A stretch of 64,000 nucleotides of DNA, from assembly GCA_019828565.1 (NCBI GenBank), contig JAHDYR010000024.1:6434-70433 (forward strand), in the 5' to 3' direction. Shown one piece after another: positions 12,071 through 22,450 of this stretch (the stretch's first letter is position 1; each line of letters starts with the position of its first letter). The translations under genes and the position numbers were made by a program. Under the pieces are notes generated by a model, which worked only from the letters and a program-made list of their open reading frames with translations, was not told where the DNA came from and made no database searches. The stretch is from Carpediemonas membranifera BICM. Lineage: Eukaryota; Protista; Fornicata.

Positions 12071-14055
12071 TTAGTTCTTACGTCTCCTAATCTTCACCTG
12101 GGTCGGCTTTGAGACCTTCCGCAAAGTTGCATGTCGACCCATCAACTGTATCACGTAGTTGATGTCGAGCCTGGCGCACTCCGCCCTAAAACTCTCCAGC
12201 GCTCTACTCTGATCGCCATCGAAGGGACGCCGCACTGTCAATGCATTGCCCTTCTCGTTACGGTAAATGTGCGTGATCATCTTCTCATCAATGTTGACAA
12301 GCATGGTCGGCTTCCCTGTCATCGAAGTCCACACTCTGATTGCTTCAACGCATGCCCATCTCGTCACTGTCCCGTCACTATTGACGTGCCCAGGAAACAG
12401 CTCATCCAGAAGCTCTATCTCTGTCATCTTTGAGAATACGGCCATGGTCCTTGCGTGGGCGAGGAGCGTCTGGCGGTAAGCTGTCGCCTCATCCTCAGCC
12501 TTGAGCTTCTGCGACAAGGGCAATTTGCGTCTGAACGCAGTAAATGTTCTCAGACCCGACATCATCATCAGGCAGTGAATGATGCAGTTCCCATAACCCA
12601 GGGTCGGATACGTAGGCCAACCTGAACTCGGAAGCCTTGTCGTGATGATCATGTCGAATGCCACAGTTCGGTTGTAGCGGGTTGGGTCAGACCTGGCGTT
12701 GACCACTCTTCCGCTCTCCTCGGTTTCACCCTCCTCCTCTGCCCCACCCTCCTCGTCTGACTCGGCCTTCTCTTCCTCCTGCTCCTCCTCTGACTTACTC
12801 TTGGCCGGAGAGTGCTGTGCGATGATATCCTTCATCTCAGGCGTAAAGTTGAGGTCTATGGGGTCTGCCAGGTCATTCGGAGCGGTTGCTTGTGCAGACG
12901 CTGAGCAAACATCCTCGTCGTCGCCGGAGTTGCCGCCCTCGAGGTCGCCAAAGTGCAGCTCCTCCATCAACTCATCCGCCACTGGCTCCTCTTCCTCCTC
13001 TGACTCGACCTCCTCCACTGGCTCCTCTTCCTCCTCTGACTCGACCTCCTCCACTGGCTCCTCTTCCTCCTCTGACTCCTCCTCCGAGTCCTCTGGCCTG
13101 GCCTTCTCGGGCGTGATGATGAGGGCCTTGCGCTTCACAGACATGGCTGCCTGCGCCTCGTCCGTATCGCGTCGGGGACAGGAAGTCCTGGAGACTGTGC
13201 CAGACTGTGGCGGGATGGGGCTGCATGGGAGTGATGCATCCATGGACTTGTCAGCGTCATAGGCTGCCTCTCGCTCAGCCTGCTGCTGCAGAAGGCGTCG
13301 ATGCAGCGTGATGACTTCCTCACTCTTTGCCGTCAAGCTCTTCCTCAACTGCTTGACTCTCTTCTTGTATCCTCGAACAATTTTGTGATAGTAATCGATG
13401 ATAGCGCCAGTACCTGGGGGGAGCAGGGGCGTACCTTCTCCCGCGGGGGTCTCCAACCATTCCAGGGCGATGATGTACTCTTCGAAGTACGAGCGGCAGG
13501 AGTGCTTCATGTAAGCAAGGTCTGCCTCCTTGCTGCGCACCCTGGCAACCATTGCTGTGACATGGTCGCGCACAAGCGCGTTGGTGGATGTCGCGTTGCG
13601 CCACGCCCGAACCTTGACACTCAGCGCCTCTTTTTCGATACGCGCGCCCTCATTCTCCTTGGCATACTCAGCCCTCTTGGAGTTCTTGAAGGCTGTGACA
13701 GCGGCCGACTCAAACGCCTTCATCTCCTTCTCCGTGAAGATTGCCTCGATGTTCTCGTTCGAGGTCTTATCCTGCACCTGCTGAGACAGCAATGCCTCGA
13801 GTTCTGCCTTCTTCTCGCCCTGAATCTCGAAATATGAGCACAGGTGGTTAAAGTTGATCCCTATATAAACATTTGCACCAATTACGTACCGTTCTTGACG
13901 ACTATATCGAAGATATCGTTCTCGTCGAGCAATTTGTCCCGAAGAACGGCACTCTTCGCCTTGTTTGTCTTCTTCTCCTTGAATTCGGTGATAACGGCCT
14001 CAATCACATCATCTGAGGTGCTCTCGATCCACTCGTGAAGGAATTCGAACGTCAT
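12071..14055 (-). CDS. Coiled-coil/acidic protein with C-terminal OTU-like domain; 29-nt intron at 13861-13889
   Basis: PTLGYGNCIIHCL...RWACVEAI...LMGRHATL; splicing GTACGT...TATAG joins ORF 13882-14154 to 12071-13792 in frame. Confidence 0.65.
12979..13082. repeat. 36-bp coding tandem repeat, ~3 copies
   Basis: Encodes SEEEEEPVEEVE units. Confidence 0.85.
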
Positions 14056-15185
14056 TCTTCTCTTCGTTATATCCCAATAATGGACATATAACAGAGATGA
14101 GAAAATTGCCAGTAACCGTAGGCAACGGGGTGTCGGAAACGTTATACCATACAAACGGGGGATATAATCGCTCCGAAAACATCCATTATGTGGACTGAAT
14201 GGCGATATAACGTATGGGGAGTGATCCGACGAGCTTTCGGGCGGTGCAGGCTAAGACACACCAAGTCTGTGGTGCTATAACGTACCTCGGGACGCACTGT
14301 GGAGGCCCCTAGAGTACTCGGTCATGGCATGTCAGACCAAGGGTCCCTCAAATCTGGCCCCATTCAGGATGCTCCCCCTAAATGTTCCGTTGCAAGCGTC
14401 TGACGGAGGTTCTCTGGATACCGACCAAGATGGAGGTCACGTGGATCAACGGACGATAATTGCGGTATTCTGGCCATGCCTGGTACTTTCAAATCAGCTG
14501 TACTGATCTATGCTCCATTTATAGTTCATATCGTATGGTCCTGGTGGACTTATAGTTGTTGATGTTGTTTAGGGATAATTGTTGCTTTAATGATGCTCTG
14601 CGCCCGCATACTGATGTTTCTTAGTGTTGTACACATGCCTACTACGTTAAAGCCGCCAGTATTCTTTCTATTCTTAAGTTCGCCATTTCAATCTCGTTGC
14701 GAGCATAAAGTGCACATTGTGAAAGGAAAGTGGGTGGTTATCTAATGGATACAGGGCAGGACAAGGTACACAAATGCCGTCCTGAGGTTTGGCATGGGAT
14801 ACTGATTTCATACGTCTAAAATGGGCGGTTGGACCCGAATTTCAGAATTTCGGCATGTCCGAATTCCGAGGCAAGCGGGTAGGGTGTACAAAACCTGGCC
14901 TGGGTACCTATTAGAGCGAATAGAGAATGGCAGCACCATGGATTCGGTTTTCAGAATAATAATTGCATTTGGATCGCCATTTCAGAATTACTTCCAGCAC
15001 CGGAGATTATCATTAAATCTGGGAGTGTAACAACACTTTTAAAAAAATGAAAGGTCCCCATTCACCCACTCAGGCCCTAGATCACGTATCTGAGCTCAGT
15101 TTGGGTCAATTCCCAATACTTTAGAGTTTTGTATGGTCGAAATTCTGGAATAGCAATCCAAACTGAAGCAGCAAAAACTCATCCC

Positions 15186-16547
15186 ATGGAGGCTGTAGCG
15201 GCAATAGACGAAGATATCATGAAGCGTTGGTTGAAGAATGTTCCAACCAAATCGCGTACGAACTACAACAAGCTTCTGAAAGACGTTTTGGCCAGAATTT
15301 GTCAGGAAACCGCCACAGATATCCAGAAGGGCATCGCGATTGTTCGTAGTGACGAGCTGGTAACCCATTTGCGCCGGTACCTCGCTGAGAAGCCTCTGGG
15401 GACGCAGAAGAAGATCGTTTCGGCTGTTCAGTCTTTCCGGAACTTCGACTTGCCACACCCCGCGAAGCCGTTGTCCTGGAAAGAGGAGGAAGAGGTGTCG
15501 CCTGCATCAGTTGAGAGTCTCCCCAGCCCGTATGGCGCCATTGCCATTCTGCTCAACCAGACGGGCTGGGAGTATTCGTATCTCCAAGGTAATCTCCCCG
15601 ATGCGATAGACCTTACCTCGTGCCCGAGCTGGATGGGCTTTGGCACGCTCAAATCGGGATTCCCGCAGGCCAGTGCTGTATCGGAGGCGCTCAAGGTTCA
15701 GGGGTTGACGGTTCGCATGCTTCGCTTTGCGCAGCGGATCGACGTGTCCACCGATAGGATGCAGTCTATCGGCACGCTAGAGCGCCGTGGCAGACCGCGG
15801 GAGAAGCCTCAGAAGGTCATTAAGGACAAGCGCATCAGCCTGACCGATGAGCAGTTCAGGCACCAGTTGGCGTCCAGTCACTTAACGACCACGCGGCGCC
15901 CAACGATCCTCGATCTCAACCCGGAGATCCGAAGCTCTGCCGACCTGGTGCCGCCGACGCTCGATAACTGGCTTTACAACAAGCTCAGGATGAGGATGGT
16001 CCAGCTCCACGACCAGCGTAAGCCCGAGGGGGGCGACACGGGGGAGGGTGAGTCTGACGATGAGGCGCTGTTTGACGAGACAGCTGGCGAGGCAGAGATG
16101 CCGGAGACCGCAGTGGAGGGCGAGTTTGACGAGACAGCCGGGTTGGAGATGCTGGAAGGAGAGTGGGAGGATGAGGAGAGTTCAGACAGCGATGCCGAGG
16201 ATAGCCTCGTCGACAACCTGTCATTTCTTCAGTCACAACAGGTTGAGTGTGATATGTCTGAGAGAGATACCGATGAGGGTGTCCGTAGCGGGGCCAATGG
16301 AAGTGGGCTCGCTCCGCTCTATGACGCTATGAAGACCAGGGAGCCCAGCAGACGCATTCGCCTTCGCCGCTATCACGAGAGCGAGTCAGACTTGGGCAGC
16401 AGCAGCGACAGCGAGGACGGGATGCCGAAGCTGCCCGTTGAGGCCTTTGAGCACATCCGTGATGCCGGGATGACAACTGTGAGGCTGACGAGGGCCGAGT
16501 ATGACGACGTGATGGAGAAGAGAGAGCAGGAAAAGCACCAGAAGTAA
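15186..16547 (+). CDS. Protein with an integrase core-binding-like N-terminus, AT-hook-like motif and acidic region
   Basis: WL..vptksRTNYnklL...LRRYLaekplgTqkkivSAvqSF; RRGRPR. Confidence 0.5.
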   Translation: MEAVAAIDEDIMKRWLKNVPTKSRTNYNKLLKDVLARICQETATDIQKGIAIVRSDELVTHLRRYLAEKPLGTQKKIVSAVQSFRNFDLPHPAKPLSWKEEEEVSPASVESLPSPYGAIAILLNQTGWEYSYLQGNLPDAIDLTSCPSWMGFGTLKSGFPQASAVSEALKVQGLTVRMLRFAQRIDVSTDRMQSIGTLERRGRPREKPQKVIKDKRISLTDEQFRHQLASSHLTTTRRPTILDLNPEIRSSADLVPPTLDNWLYNKLRMRMVQLHDQRKPEGGDTGEGESDDEALFDETAGEAEMPETAVEGEFDETAGLEMLEGEWEDEESSDSDAEDSLVDNLSFLQSQQVECDMSERDTDEGVRSGANGSGLAPLYDAMKTREPSRRIRLRRYHESESDLGSSSDSEDGMPKLPVEAFEHIRDAGMTTVRLTRAEYDDVMEKREQEKHQK

Positions 16548-16554
16548 ATGGCGA

Positions 16555-17337
16555 GTGATTATCAACTGGATGCAGAGGCTGAGCGGCGTAACTAGCCTGC
16601 CAGGGTCCTTGTACACAGTATGTGTCTTGGCCAAGCTTGACTTCGTCGGTTGGCCGAAAAAGCATAAACTGCACGGGTCCAGGTCGGCAACGGTTGCCGA
16701 CCTGGAAGCCGCTCCTTGGGCGTTGAAGAACAGAAGAGAAAGCGATCAGCGATGCTTTTATGCAGTATTAAGCAGGTTGTGCGCGTCAAATGTCCGGTAA
16801 TGCATTCGTCACCATCTAATCAACATCAACTCTTTTTCTCGGCAATGCAGAGGAGAATGCCCGTCACTAAAGGATGATTTGGTACTAACAGGCTTTAATA
16901 AGCATGTCAAGCCTGTGATCACGATAACAGCCTTCAATAACTACATCAAGGCAATACATCAAGAAGATTGTTTAAAGAGACGGCGGGGAGCAAGATGCAG
17001 GGAGAGCGGCAGGGAAACGAAGGCATGGGGACAGGAGCCCGAGAAGAGCGCCTGGAGAACGGTGAGGAAGAACGGCGGGGAAGAGCAGCCGGGCGCATGG
17101 GTACACAAATCTGTCATCATGTGGCATCAACATTGCCACAGTGGTCAACTCAATAACAAGCAATGTCTTCATTTACTCACTGTTCTGGATCACCAATTCG
17201 TACGACGAGTAACAGTCGGGACAGAGCCGAATCTTGGGAATCGACTTGCCACAGATGACAATCTTCAGCAGCTCCATCTGTACGCAGTTGGCAGAGTTAC
17301 AGAACCAGTGCCCGCACTGCCTACAGTGCACGGCTGA
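16555..17337 (+). CDS. Reading frame with a 54-nt in-frame intron (16797-16850); may be further exons of the preceding gene
   Basis: GTAATG...CTAAT...CTCTTTTTCTC...TGCAG contains the only stop codon; ORFs 16555-16800 and 16879-17337 share a frame. Confidence 0.45.
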
Positions 17338-18454
17338 GTCGTTGCGTCGGCATGCGTAACACTTCTTCTCATTGAGGCAATAGCTACACGTGTATTTCCA
17401 GCGACCCTTAGTGGACTCGGCCCAGTTCTTGTTCTTTCCAGTCTTAGGCCGGGGAGGGACACAGCGTGAGTTGTCGTGGAAGTTCACTTTGCATTCCTGG
17501 CAAGTCACAAACTTTGACGTCACGCGATTGTCGATCCAGTCCAGACTGTGGCAATGGCCGCAACAGAAACAAAGCAGCCTATTCTGAATGTCGAGAATCG
17601 AGAAAGAATCATCACCGACCTCAGACACATCGTCATCGTTGTCCCCTTGGCTGGCCAGACGTGCCTCCACGGTGGCGAGCCTCTGATCGACACTCATCGC
17701 GACACGGTGAACATCGTGCAGCACAATCGACTCGCGAGGCGCTTGAGGGGAAGCTGGAGAGGGAACCGAAGTGGGACCGGACGATGAGTGCAGGAAAGGC
17801 TCACTTTTCACGCAAAGCTCTTGCTTCACGTGTGTAAGGGCGGGGGTGGCAGGGTTGGGGATTTCAACTGTTCTGCACTTGCCCACAAATCTCTCCGGGT
17901 CATTGATATCGGGCACACAGAGATTAAAGTCTCGGGAGTCGAGATTATCTGGCACAGGAATATTGAGTCTCGACAGGACGGATCTGATCGCGCTGGTTAG
18001 CTCCGAACGGACTGGGCGAGGGCTCTTGCAGAGAGCATGGACAACCTTGGGTTTCCCGTCAGATATGGCCACAGTCACCCCCATCGTCTCAGCCCAATCT
18101 CGGACGTTCTTCGCAACAACCCTTCCCATCGAGACGCCAGGTTTCAACTTCAGCTCATCGAGGAAGTCCGGTGTTTCGGAGCACGGCTGAAGAAACGACA
18201 CGATGATGTGGTTGAACGCATTTCCGAGCTTTTTTGATGGACAGGCCAGTTGGGTCTGAGTCAAAGACGTCAAACGCAAACGTGAAGAAGGCCTTAAGCA
18301 TGCCCATCATGAGAATTGACCGGCAAGTACTCAAAGCGGTTGTGTTCCACTTCGTCATCGGTCTCGATCTCTTAGAAACAGCCTTAACTGCATGATCGTC
18401 CGCCATGTTCTCATTTACGGCCGCGCGCTTCGTTTCTAGCTCCGTTTCTGTCAT
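17173..18454 (-). CDS. PHD-finger protein with a second Cys-rich finger (A-run frameshift near 18230-18235)
   Basis: CFCC...FVTCQECKVNFH...C...WKYTCSYC, then CYAC...CRQCGHWFC...C...CPDC. Confidence 0.65.
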
Positions 18455-18551
18455 TCCAGAGTAGATTTTCTACTAAAAATTGGCATTGTTACAACCAATC
18501 ATTAACATTAATAGAGAAGGAGAATAAAGACTCACCAGCCCGCGGCCAATC

Positions 18552-21167
18552 GTGACTCAGGTTCGCATCAGACGTCGACAGAGACGAGTTAAACATGAGG
18601 CTGGGCAATTGTCTTCTGAGCTAATCCTTAACCTTTCAAAGAGGATGCTAATACCGAAGTGGACGCTATTACACGGCACTATTTATGCTCCTCAAGAGGA
18701 TACTGGCATCAACACCATTCTATGCAGCGTGTACCTTTCCATTGACTCAGATAACGTCAGCACACATCGGTTTCGTGTTTCCAAAGCTCCCCAACGCCGT
18801 GAGTTCGTCCAGGTTGTTCAAGAGTTGCTCAGTGCAGGATATATATGTCGCCAGGATGTTTCAAAGCAGCTGTACCCCTCTCCGACTGCCACATCTATCG
18901 CTGCGGAGAAGAGGAATCACACGACTTACCCAAGAGCCTACGTGAAGCATACATCCGCAGTTGACACTCTCGCAGCCGAGAATGAGTGTCTACGGAAGCG
19001 TCTGGCCGACACGGAGCGCCTGATTCAACTAACGAACCAGCTCAAGTCCATCACAAACGGATACAATGCCGTTAACGACGAGATCCGCATAATGAACTCT
19101 CTTGCAGGTAGGCTTAACCTTGATATTGTGCGGATATCTCCTGTTACCTCGAAGATCAAGTCTCTCGCGTGTAATATCCAGAATATGGAGGAGATAGAAT
19201 CACTTCTCCAATCTGACACCGCTTGGAGGAGATTTATCCGCAGTCACGTTCCCGCCAACATTCAGCACAGGGTAACGGCGAGAAGGTCTGATCAGGCCAA
19301 TCAGGAATATGAGCTCGACCTCATCACCCATGTCGAAGCTCCTCTTGATGTTGTACGATCATCTATTCAGGGCGACTCGGCCCATGCAGAGCACGTTGCA
19401 GGAAAGATCGTCGTCTTCTATGACTCAGAGCAGGACCGTGAGACTCACTATAGCATCATGAAAGAGCAAGGCCTCACCCCTCGGATGCAGACGAGTGCAA
19501 GATATACCCATGTATATCATGCATCATTTGATATCATGGAGTATTATCGCCAAGCGGTTGCATTCCCCGTATCGCTGGAGACGTCACGATCCGGGCGCAA
19601 GAGTGCAGCTCGGACATTAAGACGACAGAGTCATTCCGCTGAGACGGGGACGATCCCACTCGTGTTAGAGGTGTGGGTCGATGCGTGGAGAGGGCTGACA
19701 ACCGCTGTTAAGATTCGTTTCCTCGACGACTCCCACAAAGTCTTTCCGTCTGGTGCGACTCCTCCTTTCCGGATTCTTGAATACAACGGCCCAGAAAGTC
19801 TCATCACTGAGCATTTTGCCTTCATTGAACAGTCCATCGAGAGCACACACCGCGAGGTGCTGGAAGTCAGGAACACGGGTCTCCTCTGCCGAGTAACGCG
19901 TGTCTTTATTATCGCTGACCATCCAGCCATGTCCAAGGTTTGCGGGGCACTCATTGGAGGCAATTACCCCTCGCCATTCAGTCCCGTTCATTCGAAGAAC
20001 AAGGGCTGGAGTCCCTTTGGTCGCACCCCGCGCTGCACCTTGGCAGATATCCTGCTGGCGAAGCATAAGTCACAGTTCGACACTATTATGGACAGAGAGG
20101 CCAAATGGGGATCCTTCTATAACCATCAGAAGAAGTGCATCGCTCCCACTTTGTTTGAGACGTCGACTGCGTCGCTGCCCAGAGACTGCGTCTTCTTATT
20201 CCCTCCAATCATGCATGTCAGTCATGACTTTGTGTCGTTGATTCATGCCATGTGCCGCATGTTCAAGCCAGAGCCAATTGACCCAGAGAGCGACCCTCGT
20301 CAAATTAAGAAGGTGAAGGCAAGGAACGCGATGCTAGCGAATCTGGCGTCGTTTGAGCCACCCAGCCGTACGACGGGCTGCAACGAGCAAGTCAAGGGGA
20401 GAAAGATGATAGCATCGATTGGACTTAAGCTGCATCGTGCGTTCCCGCCACCCGTGCAGTCATTATTCATACTCGCTGCATATCTCCAGGAGCACTACTA
20501 TTCCCACGAGGATGTAACTGAGAACATGGTCGTGTGGCATCGCTTGACAGCACTTCTCGTGCACCTCTTCTCTGTGACCATGTGTCTTAGCACATCTAAC
20601 ACGGTTGCCCCAGACATTCCGATCCGTCAACCATCTGCGACTCCCGATACGGCGCCGTGTGTTGATACACTTCACGGATTGGCGCGTATTGCCGCGCTGC
20701 CGGAGATACAAGCGAAGACTCGGGCCTCCTTTGGTCGAGTCATCGAAGAGTGCTTTGAACGTGATTTCATTGGGAATCAGGAGAGTCGAGTGCGATTGCG
20801 TCAGAACCAGACGGTTCTTGAGAGCACTATTCTGAAGGAGCAGGTTGAGTTGCTGTTCAGATGCCTTCGTGGAGTGATTTCCTACGGAAGACGCGAAACA
20901 GATGTCCCACCCCAGTCACCCCTGAAACATATGCGCATTCATAAGTGTTGTAAGGATGCCAATTGGTGGCTTCGTATCCGGAGTGTGCATTCTAAGACGC
21001 TGACAGCGACTGAGTGCCAAAAGCTGCACATGGTGTTTACGAAGGAAGTCAACGGCCTATGGCGCACTGTCTTGTCGAAAGCAGACTGTAGCTTTGACTC
21101 AGACTGGCTGGATGTTCCCATTCACGAGCAGGGACACACTCTTGATGTTTGCATATGCAAGAGATAG
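18552..21167 (+). CDS. DDE transposase, Transib/RAG1/CMC(Chapaev)-like
   Basis: EVWVDAW (D1); IIADHPAMSKVCG..GGNYPSPFS (D2); PPIMH; TLH; FGRVIEECFE (E), in the expected order. Confidence 0.55.
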   Translation: MTQVRIRRRQRRVKHEAGQLSSELILNLSKRMLIPKWTLLHGTIYAPQEDTGINTILCSVYLSIDSDNVSTHRFRVSKAPQRREFVQVVQELLSAGYICRQDVSKQLYPSPTATSIAAEKRNHTTYPRAYVKHTSAVDTLAAENECLRKRLADTERLIQLTNQLKSITNGYNAVNDEIRIMNSLAGRLNLDIVRISPVTSKIKSLACNIQNMEEIESLLQSDTAWRRFIRSHVPANIQHRVTARRSDQANQEYELDLITHVEAPLDVVRSSIQGDSAHAEHVAGKIVVFYDSEQDRETHYSIMKEQGLTPRMQTSARYTHVYHASFDIMEYYRQAVAFPVSLETSRSGRKSAARTLRRQSHSAETGTIPLVLEVWVDAWRGLTTAVKIRFLDDSHKVFPSGATPPFRILEYNGPESLITEHFAFIEQSIESTHREVLEVRNTGLLCRVTRVFIIADHPAMSKVCGALIGGNYPSPFSPVHSKNKGWSPFGRTPRCTLADILLAKHKSQFDTIMDREAKWGSFYNHQKKCIAPTLFETSTASLPRDCVFLFPPIMHVSHDFVSLIHAMCRMFKPEPIDPESDPRQIKKVKARNAMLANLASFEPPSRTTGCNEQVKGRKMIASIGLKLHRAFPPPVQSLFILAAYLQEHYYSHEDVTENMVVWHRLTALLVHLFSVTMCLSTSNTVAPDIPIRQPSATPDTAPCVDTLHGLARIAALPEIQAKTRASFGRVIEECFERDFIGNQESRVRLRQNQTVLESTILKEQVELLFRCLRGVISYGRRETDVPPQSPLKHMRIHKCCKDANWWLRIRSVHSKTLTATECQKLHMVFTKEVNGLWRTVLSKADCSFDSDWLDVPIHEQGHTLDVCICKR

Positions 21168-22450
21168 TAAAGATCGGATTTAGTCTCGCGGTCAATCTCA
21201 CGTGGCCCAGAGCAGCGTGCTCCTGGAATCAACAGGGCATAAAACACCCTGCGTATTCCGGTAGCACACCGTTCTGACTCACGTCCGTCTCTGGTTGTCG
21301 TACAGGTCTATTTACGTGTTTGGCGATGGCGCTCCTGACATAAGCTTAATGGCGTGTCGTGGCTGTCAGTATGCTGCAAATGTCTCAGCGAGAAAGGAGT
21401 CACCAATCGCGTTCAGCTTACTTGTTTCTCGCCTGATACTGCTCGTAATATCGTTCAAGCGTGAATCTATGAAGTAATGGGACTGAATGGCCTCTATTGC
21501 GTCAATTTCCTGCGTAATCGTTGTTGAATGGTCTAGAATAGATGTTGCAGCTACTTCCAGCTCATGTTGCATGCTAAATGCTGTGTTTTGGACAATTGGT
21601 CGTGTTCAGGCAGAATTTTTTCGTGCAAAGTGCAGGCTAATACCCGTCCTTAAACTGTGGGATCAGCCGCTGGGTAAATATACTGAGAAAAAACCATATA
21701 GCTGAGTTCACTGTCTTGTGCTGAATACGGTGGCGCCATTTATTTCTCTGAATCGTCAAGTTTTGTCAGCGTTGACCGCGCAAGACCGGTCGTCCTTACG
21801 CGATGTCACCAACACCATCATATTCTTCCCCCTGACATTCTACGTGTCCCCCAGTCTGGATTCGTGGTCTGCAATATTCACAGAGATATTCGCCTTCTCT
21901 TTCGCGAATTTGACTCTGATCAAGTCGAAAAACGAAAAAACGACCATATCTCGAAATCTACACGTTGGAATCGGTACCAGAGTGATTTTGCGCATATGTA
22001 CATCCCGTCAGCAGTCTGCAAAATCACTCTCGTACCGATTCCAACGTGTCAATTTTGAGATATTGCTCGTTTCATCCTTTTGCCTTAACCTGCGTCGCAA
22101 AGAAGTCGAAATCAGTGGTTAGACCGCACTGGACCTCTTGCAGGCTCTCTGCATACGCGCTTTAGTATGCAATGAAGGTATTCATTTTCCCGTAAATTGT
22201 TTAAATTCAATGAATACTTCATTTTCGGTCCGGAAGAAATAGATAATCTAGGGTTTTTAGGCCCTAGATTATCTAGAAAAAATCGTAGATTATCTGCCGA
22301 CTTTCACAGTATGTCCGCGTCCCTATCGACGATATCCCCGACGGCGACCTCTTCGACACTATCGCGACCGAGTTCTTCAAGTTTCATACACAAGTTGAAG
22401 CTTACCAGTCTATCCAGCGCCTCCGCCTGCGCTCCCTCGAGCCGCCGGCC

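Noticed and set aside
6075-16800. TAA/TAG reassigned to Gln
   Set aside because: ORFs of 871-1437 aa contain no internal TAA/TAG; two cases are explained by introns
7826-16886. CRISPR array or Helitron end for the palindrome-bearing repeats
   Set aside because: No regular spacers, no CTRR terminus after the hairpin, and the unit appears to be coding
14295-17144. RSS-like CACAGTG heptamers as Transib termini
   Set aside because: Isolated, with no nonamer or paired TIR; expected by chance
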